The notes under the pieces are model-generated. The model worked only from the letters and a program-made list of their open reading frames with translations. It was not told the origin of the DNA and ran no database searches. Below, piece after piece: positions 1 to 9,300 of a DNA stretch of 64,000 nucleotides. The stretch is from a bacterium. GTDB lineage: Bacteria; UBA10199; 2-02-FULL-50-16; JAJFLM01. Every line of letters begins with the position of its first letter. The stretch's first letter is position 1. A program made the translations under genes and the position numbers. The stretch spans positions 1,088,001 to 1,152,000 of the forward strand of contig CBDCFN010000016.1 in NCBI GenBank assembly GCA_965216315.1, given 5' to 3'.

Positions 1-1324
1 CCATGATGCGGTGGGAGATATAGGACAGGGGAGATTGTCCCGTCGTACGTGGATAGGGTAACTCTCCGGTCAAGAGTTCATAAAGCATGGCCCCGAGTGA
101 ATAGACATCCTGACGTGGGTCGGGTTTGTAGCCATAGATGGCTTCGTAAGAGGCGTATTCAAGCGTACAGTTAAGGCGAATATCCTCTTTTTTCGGTTCG
201 ACGTATTCTGAAAGTCGCAGTGCGATACCAAAATCAGCGAGTTTAATCGTTCCATCTTCAAGGACGAGATAATTATCCGGCTTAATGTCGCGATGAACGA
301 TACCACGGGCATGGCAGGAGGTTGCCACTCTATGAATAAGATCACGCAGGATATTGATCGCTGCTTCCATGCTATGAGCCTTATTGAAAAAATATTGGGT
401 GAGGGTGCCTTCTTCCGCATATTCCATGGCGAGAAAGGGGGCCCCCGTAGAGGTGTGCCCGGCGCCGTAAATCTGAATGGCACCGGGAGGGTTGTCTTTG
501 AGCAATCTGACCTCATTCTCAAATCGCGTCATGGCGGCTTGCTGCCGAGAGGCTAAATGAATAATTTTAAGCACGGCGGTTCGTTCCACGTTCCCTATTA
601 GATGCTGTGTCGCTAAATAGGCATGCCCCTCGCCACCGGATGCTAACCATTTGAGGGTGTGGAAATTAGAAGGGTGCTGTTCGCCTGAATGTTCAGCCAG
701 GCGCAATAAATAGCCCTTCTCATCGGAGGTGATATCGGCCGAGAAAGGGCCCTCTTTTACTTCTTCAATTCCTTCAACTTCATCTTCACCGCGATCGACG
801 ATGTAGGTGTCAATGGACTGCTGGATCGCTGCGGCGGGAGCTTCTATGGCCGCCGCCATACCTTGGATGGTTTTTAGGGTCATCTCACGGGTCTGGCGCG
901 TGTCGATATCATCTTCAACGGCAGGAGTTTCATCAGATTCAATGTGAAATATTTCTCTCGCATGGCGATCAATTTCACTGATGTCATTAGATTTCGGCAG
1001 GGCCAGGGTCGTGATCAGGCTGTCGATGAGCAGCTGACTGCTGAAAAGCTCGCCGGTTTGTTTCATTGATGACTGCTCTAGACCCATAAGCGCTTCGTCT
1101 ATATTGAAAATAAGGAGACGGCGCGCTTCGCGCGGTATAACCTCGAAATTTCGGACCTTCATTCTGAATTCTGTCCCTGTTGCGACAATCTCGCCAAGAT
1201 GCATTTCGGGTTGTTGCTTGCATGTTGTATAGAGAGTCTGGACCATGCCGCGATATTGGGTGAGGGGACCACTGGCCGCGAGGAGCGCAGAGGTTTGAAA
1301 TAATTGGGCCGTATTCATCAACAT
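1..1324 (-). CDS. Ser/Thr protein kinase (Hanks type) with ~220 aa N-terminal extension; 3'-truncated at window edge
   Basis: Missing from the ORF track. Manual translation from ATG 1324 (MLMNTAQLFQTSALLAASG...) gives an open frame with LASGGEGHAY, AVLKII, HRDIKPDN (His codon 293-295, in frame), DFG and DVYSLGAMLYELLTG. Starts 4 nt after the upstream kinase stop. Confidence 0.92.
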   Translation of the reverse strand, partial: MLMNTAQLFQTSALLAASGPLTQYRGMVQTLYTTCKQQPEMHLGEIVATGTEFRMKVRNFEVIPREARRLLIFNIDEALMGLEQSSMKQTGELFSSQLLIDSLITTLALPKSNDISEIDRHAREIFHIESDETPAVEDDIDTRQTREMTLKTIQGMAAAIEAPAAAIQQSIDTYIVDRGEDEVEGIEEVKEGPFSADITSDEKGYLLRLAEHSGEQHPSNFHTLKWLASGGEGHAYLATQHLIGNVERTAVLKIIHLASRQQAAMTRFENEVRLLKDNPPGAIQIYGAGHTSTGAPFLAMEYAEEGTLTQYFFNKAHSMEAAINILRDLIHRVATSCHARGIVHRDIKPDNYLVLEDGTIKLADFGIALRLSEYVEPKKEDIRLNCTLEYASYEAIYGYKPDPRQDVYSLGAMLYELLTGELPYPRTTGQSPLSYISHRIM

Positions 1325-1328
1325 GAGC

Positions 1329-4292
1329 TTACCGAGTCAAGGTGGATACCATGGGTGTGGGGACGGCACCCTGTTCCGCGGTTCTTAATTTGATAACGGG
1401 GTTAAATCCTACCAAGGCTAAGGCTGAGGTGTCATGGACGGGGATGGGTTGAGCTATCTCCAAGTCTTTAGGCGTGAAACTATTGTAAGGAGCTCCTGCC
1501 GTAAAATACCAGTGATCAAATGGATTGTCTGTTTTGACGTACTCAAGCCCTGAATAATCGAGTAACATGTTAGCGGCAGAGCTGCCATCGACTCGCAATA
1601 GAGTCCTAACCCCGCTCACCATAAAGCGGACGGCTTGTTCCGGTCCCATTTCTCCCATGATTGAAAAGGGCGAAAAGTCGAGCATGGGATAGTTGTCAAA
1701 AAAACCGTCAAAATCGTTGGTCGGGATGCGCGCCGGAACCTTAAAGCCGGGAAATCGCCAGACGGCGATCCCTCTCCGTGTATCATCCCCCCAGGGATAA
1801 ATGCGGCGATCATTGCCGCGCATCGCGCGTTTCCATTCATTGAGGTCCGCCGGAAGGACGGTGTAGCCGTATTTTTTGATAAAATCACTGTAGGCATATC
1901 TTAAATAATGGACGGCATGCGCATAGCCGACGCCGGTTACGGCCGCATTTTCGATGAGTGGTCGATCATTCCTGTCTCTTAAAGTTAATGATTGATTAAA
2001 TTGGCCATTCAATAAGGCCATGTGAACATCTTCGTGCCAATGAGCGGGGATTGCATTGGCGAAGGCTGCCAGTGCTTGTTGCCGATTTTTTCGTTTACGC
2101 CGATTAATGAGGCGTCGTGTTGCAATCAAAAACTTTAGATAATCCTTGTTTGTTACCTTTGGCCCAAGCCAGTAATCGTAAGGAACGATTCGCAAATCTT
2201 TCTTGGGGATCTTTTCACTGAAACGACTCCTGAAATCACGGACGGCAACGGGACCAGCGGGAACGACAATGCCATCGAGTGGTAATGATTCACGATGATA
2301 ACGCGGTATTCGCAGAGTATGTGGTGATGAAGAAGGTCGTGCCGGTACGGGAACCCCAATTGGATGATAAAGCGGGTGATCAACCATGAGGTAATGGGAG
2401 TTGCCACGTGGAACTTTAATGATATTCTGAGGGATGCCGCGCGTTGTCTCCTGATAACCTTGCCACTTCAGTACGCCGTGAACATCCTGAGAGTGGCCGA
2501 TGGAAACTGTATAGTTGCTGTCATTGGGGTCCGCACCATCGAAGTCGAGTTGTATGCTGATGCGCCGGCTAAGCATGGGGAGCTGCATGCTCTTGGGTTC
2601 ATATCTCTCCCATTCCCTAATGAGACTCTGCCGTTCGCCTTCATTGCCGCGCATGTCGGCCCATTTAACCAGGTCGGAGATTCGATTGACGATCTCTTGT
2701 AAAATTGCGCCTTTAGGGTAGAGTTTGTAGGCATCCTTATATTCTTGCAGGGCCCTTTGTTGGTGATGTTTCCACTCCAGTTTGTGTTCAGCCGCAAGCT
2801 CCTTGTCAGGTTCTTTTCTTCGGAGGATCTTAAGGTATTCAGTCTCTGCTTGAGCGGCCGCTTGTTCATGGGCACGTGCTTTGTAGGTGCTCAAATCGAC
2901 GAGCAGGGCCTCAGCATTGGGGTAGCGTGCATCAATGTCTCGGGACATCGCCTTAAGCACAATGCGATCAAGTTCTGCCGGAATTTCTCGATCGGGAGAA
3001 ACTTGGCTGGGTCGAGGGGGGTCAATCTGTGACTTATCGAGATATTGACTGATATGATTCTTGCGGTGATCATAGGGGAGCTGGCCTGTGAGTAATTCAA
3101 AGAGTAGGACGCCGAGGGAATAGACGTCGCGCGTGTAATCATCTGGGTGCTGTTCGAGCCAGGCCTCCATGGGCATGTAGGGTGGTGTCCCTTGAACATT
3201 TTTTGTTTTCTGCTGTGATATCTGTTCAATGGTTTGGGCAATGCCGAAATCTCCAAATTTCAAAGAGCGCGCTTCTTTCGAGCGTACCATGAAGAAATTT
3301 TCCGGCTTAATGTCCTTATGGACAATGCCAATCGTGTGTGCTTCGTCAACGGCAGCGGTCGCTTGCAAGGCAAGTGTAATAATCGTTTCAAGGTCGAATT
3401 CAATTTGACCATCATTTATCTCTTCAATATGCTCCATGAGATTACCGTGCATGCGTTCCATGATGATGAACGGTTCGCCGGCTTCACTTTTTCCCGTGTC
3501 ATGGATAACAACGATGCGACGATTTTCATCTTCCATGCGTCCTTGAAGTCGGGCTTCGTTGCGAAAGTATTCCATATGCTCCGCGGCATTCTCTCCGGTC
3601 TTATTGATGACTTTGATCGCAACGAAACGGTCCATTTTGACGTCATATGCTTCATAGACGAGGCCTCCACCGCCTTCTCCAAGCACGTCGGTAAGCTGGT
3701 ATTGAATTTCATCGCGTCCACTGATGCGAAAGGGGATGGGATCCTCACGGGTTGGAATTTCTTGAGACGTGTCATCCGAGCTGATGACAACTTGCTCAGG
3801 TTCAGTGGCTTCAACTTCCGTACGAGTCTTGCCGAAACGAATTCCTTTGCGGGAGCGCAAATGGCCTATTCCGACTAAGGTACTGTGCCGAAGTTGCTGC
3901 CAGGGAGGGCTCCAGAGTTTTGTTTGGCGAAAGAGCCGGTCTAAGGCTTCCTCGGCGGGCTCATTTTGCCGCGGCAGGAGTTCGTACAGATAAAGATCGT
4001 TGAGGAAGGTGTTGAGCGCAATCTGTGTGGCCGGATTCGTGGTGTAGGCCAATAATAAATTGTCGCGTATCATTTCGGCGTTCTTGATCACGTCCTCAGG
4101 CATGTTCATTTCAATGAGACCATTGGTTAGCTGACTCATCGGGGGGACGAGTTGTTGAACGCCGATCGCGTCGTGTGCGGCGCCGAGCGCATGAACTTGC
4201 GTGACAGCTTCAATATAGAGCTGGCTAGCCGTTGTGCCGCTGGATGCCAAGAGAGATGAAGCACCCAAACTCGTGACCGGTGAGAAGAGCAT
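1329..4292 (-). CDS. Ser/Thr protein kinase with C-terminal degenerate FGE-sulfatase/SUMF1-like domain
   Basis: Kinase motifs GEGGGG, VAIK, HKDIKPEN, DFG, GTPPYM, DVYSLG. C-terminal VTNKDYLKFL and EWKRAMRGNDRRIYPWG match the FGE-family pattern. Start moved to ATG 4292 (AGGAG upstream; the ORF-track start lies within the promoter motif). Confidence 0.88.
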   Translation of the reverse strand: MLFSPVTSLGASSLLASSGTTASQLYIEAVTQVHALGAAHDAIGVQQLVPPMSQLTNGLIEMNMPEDVIKNAEMIRDNLLLAYTTNPATQIALNTFLNDLYLYELLPRQNEPAEEALDRLFRQTKLWSPPWQQLRHSTLVGIGHLRSRKGIRFGKTRTEVEATEPEQVVISSDDTSQEIPTREDPIPFRISGRDEIQYQLTDVLGEGGGGLVYEAYDVKMDRFVAIKVINKTGENAAEHMEYFRNEARLQGRMEDENRRIVVIHDTGKSEAGEPFIIMERMHGNLMEHIEEINDGQIEFDLETIITLALQATAAVDEAHTIGIVHKDIKPENFFMVRSKEARSLKFGDFGIAQTIEQISQQKTKNVQGTPPYMPMEAWLEQHPDDYTRDVYSLGVLLFELLTGQLPYDHRKNHISQYLDKSQIDPPRPSQVSPDREIPAELDRIVLKAMSRDIDARYPNAEALLVDLSTYKARAHEQAAAQAETEYLKILRRKEPDKELAAEHKLEWKHHQQRALQEYKDAYKLYPKGAILQEIVNRISDLVKWADMRGNEGERQSLIREWERYEPKSMQLPMLSRRISIQLDFDGADPNDSNYTVSIGHSQDVHGVLKWQGYQETTRGIPQNIIKVPRGNSHYLMVDHPLYHPIGVPVPARPSSSPHTLRIPRYHRESLPLDGIVVPAGPVAVRDFRSRFSEKIPKKDLRIVPYDYWLGPKVTNKDYLKFLIATRRLINRRKRKNRQQALAAFANAIPAHWHEDVHMALLNGQFNQSLTLRDRNDRPLIENAAVTGVGYAHAVHYLRYAYSDFIKKYGYTVLPADLNEWKRAMRGNDRRIYPWGDDTRRGIAVWRFPGFKVPARIPTNDFDGFFDNYPMLDFSPFSIMGEMGPEQAVRFMVSGVRTLLRVDGSSAANMLLDYSGLEYVKTDNPFDHWYFTAGAPYNSFTPKDLEIAQPIPVHDTSALALVGFNPVIKLRTAEQGAVPTPMVSTLTR

Positions 4293-4299
4293 CGCTCCT

Positions 4300-4326
4300 T
4301 TTTCGCCAATCATCTTCGATAGTTGT
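4300..4326 (-). promoter_or_regulatory. Recurrent sigma28-like element, copy 1 (ACAAC-N15-GCGAAAA)
   Basis: Minus strand reads ACAAC tatcgaagatgattg GCGAAAA, 7 nt before the kinase ATG. Confidence 0.65.
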
Positions 4327-4372
4327 GTAATTTTTCAGATAGGAACGAAGGCCGCTAAGTCCCAATAAACAC

Positions 4373-4399
4373 GCAACAAATTGGCTCAAGAACCGAAGG
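4373..4399 (+). promoter_or_regulatory. Recurrent sigma28-like element, copy 2 (GCAAC-N15-CCGAAGG)
   Basis: GCAAC aaattggctcaagaa CCGAAGG upstream of the MBL gene. Confidence 0.65.
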
Positions 4400-4434
4400 T
4401 TCAGCTGGGGCGTAGGCTTTGGAGGGAGATAGGA

Positions 4435-6273
4435 GTGAGCCTGGCAGTATCTCAGCTCGGTTTTTCGTCGAGTTTTGTCGGGATGGGTGCAATCTGCGCA
4501 TCTTTGCCGGCGCGCCCGATTAATCTCGGTCGAGTGCCAGCCCTCGATCACTTCATATCCCAGCCCCCCTCTAACGACCAAATTCGACCTAGTTGGAGCA
4601 GCCAACGTTCTACGGGTTCCCGGCATATTCTGGCCGCCGCACCGACGCGGGGTGGCGTGTCAACCGCGACAACCGTGGGTCCCGGCGGGCTCCGTGGCAG
4701 TGGCGGAGGTGGTCCCATTCAGCCAGGACACGTCTTTAAGCTGCCGAGAGGCGGCATGATTGTTTATACCTCTGCAGGGTGGCTTCAGATTGGTGTGCCC
4801 ATGTGGACCAACAAAGATGCGCGTTGGCTCTACGATCTAGCGGATGGCAGTCAGGCGAGTCCGGAGCAAATTCCTCACATCATGCCCACAATCTATATCT
4901 TTGATCTCGATTATGTGCCTGCAACGGACGGGCTTATTCCTGCTGATTTTCTGCAGTATATGAATTTTGTTACGCGAACCGCGCATAACCCGAAAGGAAT
5001 TACCTTTGAAATGATCGCGCCGGATAATGCGACGGCACGTCGGCTGGAAGACTATCTCAACTTAGTTTTCTTAGGCCCCGATGATCCTGATTTGTCCGAG
5101 CGCGTTCGCCAAGAGTATCCTCCGGGCGCGACCGGAGTGCCTGATTTGCTGGCTGAGATGCATCAGGGATTTCCGGCGGCAGCTCCTGACGTATTGCGCC
5201 GGATACACGCTATGGACGCAAACAATGGTTTCGCCACCGGTCAGGTGACTGTGCGCAAGATTGGTTCTCAACTCTATGAGGTGCAGGATGGGACTGATAT
5301 CACTCAGGTGGATCTGGCGCAGGCTCCGATCCGCGGAGTGAACTTAGCTCAAAGCCTTCCCTCATGGGAATCGCCCGCCCATGAAGATGTCTGGAATGGC
5401 GTGGTGAAACAACAGCGTCCAGGCATTTGGCCGATAGGGACGGGCCATGGGTTTACTGCGGATAAAGAAACCAGCGGATTTATTATTTTTAATGGGGGCC
5501 GTGCCTTATTGGTGGATCCACCCTCAAATACAGATGAATTTCTGGTGACCAACCAAATCCCGCTGGCCATGGTGCATGGTGCACTGCTGACGCACGGTCA
5601 TACGGACCATTATGGCAATGCGATTCCCAAGCTGATTTCAATGTTGCCGAGTCTTAAGCTCTACACGACGCCGACTATCTATGACATGTTGCAGGAGCAG
5701 TATGCGTTATCATTAGGCGCCAACTTTTCAGGCGGGCTGGGTCGCTGGACATTCGATCCGATAGCGCCGCAGGAGTTTAAACAGATTATTGGCATGCATT
5801 TTCGGCCCGAGTATACTTTTCATAGCATTCCGACTTTAGGTTTCGATATTTATCGTCGCCCCGTGCAGGATCGCGGTGAGCGTATCGTCATGTTTACAGG
5901 CGATACAAACGCCGATCATGAGCGCATTTTCGATCACACGCAGACGGCTAAGGATGGAACGCCCCCCCTGATGAGCTATGAGCGCGCTCAAAATATTATC
6001 CGCCACGTCGATGGAGTGCTAATGCCCCCCCGGGGTGCACGACCGCCTGTTGTCCTGATCGATAACGGGATTGAGCCCTTACACACGCCCCCGGCGGCGA
6101 CGCAAAAGCTTCTTGTCGAGGCGATTCAGCGTGGTATCGATGTCTCCCGGATACGGGTCTATCATATTGACAGTAAGGAGGCCCGTCGTCATGGCTTGCC
6201 GGAATGGCTGGAAGGGTGGCGCGGCTTTATCGACCTTTCTCAGTATTTTCAGAGGTTTAGAAGCAGCCCCTGA
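4435..6273 (+). CDS. Metallo-beta-lactamase-fold hydrolase, possible cyclic-nucleotide phosphodiesterase
   Basis: THGHTDH (HxHxDH), FHSIPT, GDT and PLHT motifs. LPRGG..T..G..Q.G.P and GHGF....TSGFII....LLVDPP segments recall an MBL family often fused to cNMP-binding domains (recalled, not searched). Start at GTG 4435 after GGAG; the low-complexity N-terminal extension is ~100 aa. Confidence 0.75.
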   Translation: MSLAVSQLGFSSSFVGMGAICASLPARPINLGRVPALDHFISQPPSNDQIRPSWSSQRSTGSRHILAAAPTRGGVSTATTVGPGGLRGSGGGGPIQPGHVFKLPRGGMIVYTSAGWLQIGVPMWTNKDARWLYDLADGSQASPEQIPHIMPTIYIFDLDYVPATDGLIPADFLQYMNFVTRTAHNPKGITFEMIAPDNATARRLEDYLNLVFLGPDDPDLSERVRQEYPPGATGVPDLLAEMHQGFPAAAPDVLRRIHAMDANNGFATGQVTVRKIGSQLYEVQDGTDITQVDLAQAPIRGVNLAQSLPSWESPAHEDVWNGVVKQQRPGIWPIGTGHGFTADKETSGFIIFNGGRALLVDPPSNTDEFLVTNQIPLAMVHGALLTHGHTDHYGNAIPKLISMLPSLKLYTTPTIYDMLQEQYALSLGANFSGGLGRWTFDPIAPQEFKQIIGMHFRPEYTFHSIPTLGFDIYRRPVQDRGERIVMFTGDTNADHERIFDHTQTAKDGTPPLMSYERAQNIIRHVDGVLMPPRGARPPVVLIDNGIEPLHTPPAATQKLLVEAIQRGIDVSRIRVYHIDSKEARRHGLPEWLEGWRGFIDLSQYFQRFRSSP

Positions 6274-6292
6274 AGTGAAATCTTGAATAAAA

Positions 6293-6319
6293 ACAACAAT
6301 TTTGCCCCCCGGCCGAAGA
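6293..6319 (+). promoter_or_regulatory. Recurrent sigma28-like element, copy 3 (ACAAC-N15-CCGAAGA)
   Basis: ACAAC aattttgccccccgg CCGAAGA, 15 nt before ATG 6335. Confidence 0.68.
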
Positions 6320-6334
6320 AGCGGGGAAGCTGTG

Positions 6335-9300
6335 ATGTTAGGACTCAACGCACAATATAGCCTCACCCAGGCGGGTGTGATGGCCGCTGTTTCTACGGCG
6401 GGTCTACGCCATATCTATGGGATAGCCGGGACGCTTGAGAATAACCTGCGCCTTAATATCCCGATGGAGAGTATTGCCGAAACGTTGGCCCCGCAAGTGG
6501 CTCAGCTTGAATGGGATCAGAAGGGTAAACAGCCGCAGCTCATACACCAAAATCGCATGCTCGAGCGTATTGTCGCCGGCACAGTCTATCCCGATGCCGA
6601 CGGTAGAAAAACCGACGCGCATGTCGTTTTGGGATCCATTTACCATGCGATTGAGCGGATCAATCCGCAGCTCTATCAGGAACTGTCCGGTTTTGCGGGC
6701 AAACTCACTTTGCCGCCGCCATCGATGTCATCTCGACGGAGGACGACAGGACATTATTCAAGCGCCGCGCCACCGGCTGCGACTGTCGTGCCGAAACATC
6801 GTGAAGGCCAAATTGAATGCCTGCATTGTCAGAGTTGGAATCCCGTTAGTAAGAGTTTCTGCGGTGACTGCGGAGAAGACATTTCGGATGATTCTCAATA
6901 TGTGCCGCGGGCGCAAAACATGCGCGGAACAATCTTGTTTACAGACTTTCAAGGATTTACCGATATGAGTCAGTCAATGCCGGCAGAAGTATTGTTCGGG
7001 TGGCTCAATAGACAGTTCAATCTATTGGGAGCCGAGATCATGCGGCAAGGGGGATGGTTCGTTAAAAACATCGGCGATGCGATCATGGTGGTCTTTAATC
7101 AACACGAAGATCATGCCCGGCGTGGAGTCAGTACAGCGGTTCGCATGTTGCAGATTCTTGAGCAGGTCAACCCGCAGCTCAAGGGCATGGGCCTTCCGGC
7201 CTTGCAAATGAGGATTGGCGTGCACACAGGGAATATTGCAGTTGGCTATCTCGGTGGGCCTGGTTCAAAACGAGCGGATGCGATAGGCCGTGCCGTTAAT
7301 TTGGCTTCACGGCTGGAGAGTTTCAAATTGGAAAAGGGAGCTCGAACCATAAATGTTCCTGACGGAAACCGCGTCCTTGTCTCCGGTGCGACCCTGTCAG
7401 AACTAGCCGGAGGCTTTGAACATAGCTTCATTGATAAAGTAGCTTTCAAGGGAGTTGAGCAGCCGGTTGAAGTTTATCACATTCAAGGTGAGTTGCCGGG
7501 GGCCAGTGTCGCCGACCGCTATGCAGGTTCCCAAAGCCAGTTTCGGGGGCGTCGGCGAGAAATGGATCAATTGCAAGCGACCTTTGTTCAAGCGATGCAG
7601 GGACAGCCTCAGTTGGCACTTATCTCCGGCGAGGCGGGCCAGGGAAAGAGTCGACTCGCGCTTGAATTCTTGAATTCAATGAAGGGGCCGCGGGAACGTC
7701 ATATCAAAGTCATAGCCGCACGTGGGGTTGATAGGGATTATCATCCTCCCTATGCCTTGATGAGCGATGCCCTGACGCACTTGGCCGGTATCGAAGCCGA
7801 TGATGAGTTGGAAGAGATTGAGGTCAAAATTCGGAGTCTGGTTTGGTTGTCAAAAGGTCTTGGAGCTGAAGAGCAAGAACAGATGGCGCAGTTGCTGGGA
7901 CGCTTGATGGGGATTCCCTTTCGAACGGAGTTTTCCCCGCAGGAACGGCTGAAGCGCGAGACGATAGAAATGCGCCAAAGAGTCTTCGATAATATTGAAT
8001 CAATGGCTTCAGACCAAAATGTCTTGCGTATGGCAATTCATCGCGCTGTCATTCAATTCTTTCAAGAACATTCCCGCTATTTTTCCCTAATACTTTCTCT
8101 GGAAGATGTGCATTGGTCCGACCAGGAATCATTGGAGCTGTTGCACGAAGTATTCGCATCGCTTGAAGACCGACCGGTAATGGTTGTGGGGACCATGAGG
8201 CCCGAATTTGATACGGGACCCGGTTTTCAGCTCGAAGATATTTTTGCAGGGGATTATAAGGCCGAGCCGATACAGCTCCGTGAGTTATCGATGACGGACA
8301 TGCGCTCCATTGTACAAGACATACTTGGTGAAAGCTCTCAAACGGATCCGGAAGTGGTTAATTACGTCATCTGGCAAGCGGCCGGTAATGTTTTTTTACT
8401 GCATGAAATGGCCCAGGCGGTTAAGGATGGTTGGTTGCAACGCGGAGAGACACCTGAAGAGTGGCGTTTGGTGGGTGCGCATGATGAGCGTCGCACCGTC
8501 GGTGCCGATAATTTTTTACAGACGCGCCTCGAACGATTATCTCCGGCCGAACGCAGTGTCGTTGACTATGCGGCGGTAATTTCCGATGCCTTTGATTTAC
8601 AGTTAATACAAGAATTGGGGATCCCCAATGCGGGCGTTCATTTAGGGCAACTGGTTCAAAAACAGATCCTTCATCAAGACCGACAAGGTAAGTACCGCTT
8701 TCGCCATGATATGATGCGTGCAAAGGCCTATGCGATGATGAGTCATGAAACGCGCCGTGACCTGCATCGCGACATGGCGGAGTTGCTGGTTGAGCATGAA
8801 GTAGAGGACAAAGCTCTTATAGCGTATCATTTGGATAAGGGAGAACAGACGGTAGCGGCGGCCCGCTATTATTTGGATGGCGCCGAACAAGCGCAAGAAC
8901 GCGCACTCTACCGGCAGGCGCTTAGATATTACGATCGTGTCTTTGCCTTGGGTCGCGAAGAAGATAATCAATTGGCTTTGCGGGGTTTGTTGGGGGGGAA
9001 TGAAGTCGCTCTGGATATGCGCGATACCGAATCGGCCTATGCGCGTATCGAATTGGCAGCAGATCTCTTGCAGTCAGGTATTGAACGTGAAGTCAGATCT
9101 CAGTATTTTTATCGCCTCGCCCATACGTTGCAAGTTGACCGTAATGATGAAATCAAAGCGAATTTGTTCGCTGCTGAGCAGGCCGTAAAAAACGCACTAA
9201 AGCGATACGATGACGTCGAAGTATCACCTATGAAAGCGCAATTGTTGGCGACGTTGGGACGGATTTACGCGGAACGCAGGGACTTTCAGGTGGGGCAAAC

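Noticed and set aside
70..1223. Short ORFs 70-522, 293-556 and 987-1223
   Set aside because: All overlap the real kinase frame (1324 to the window edge) that the track missed.
1329..2300. Diversity-generating retroelement target (FGE/CLec C-terminus)
   Set aside because: No reverse transcriptase and no template/variable repeat pair with adenine-specific mismatches seen in the window.
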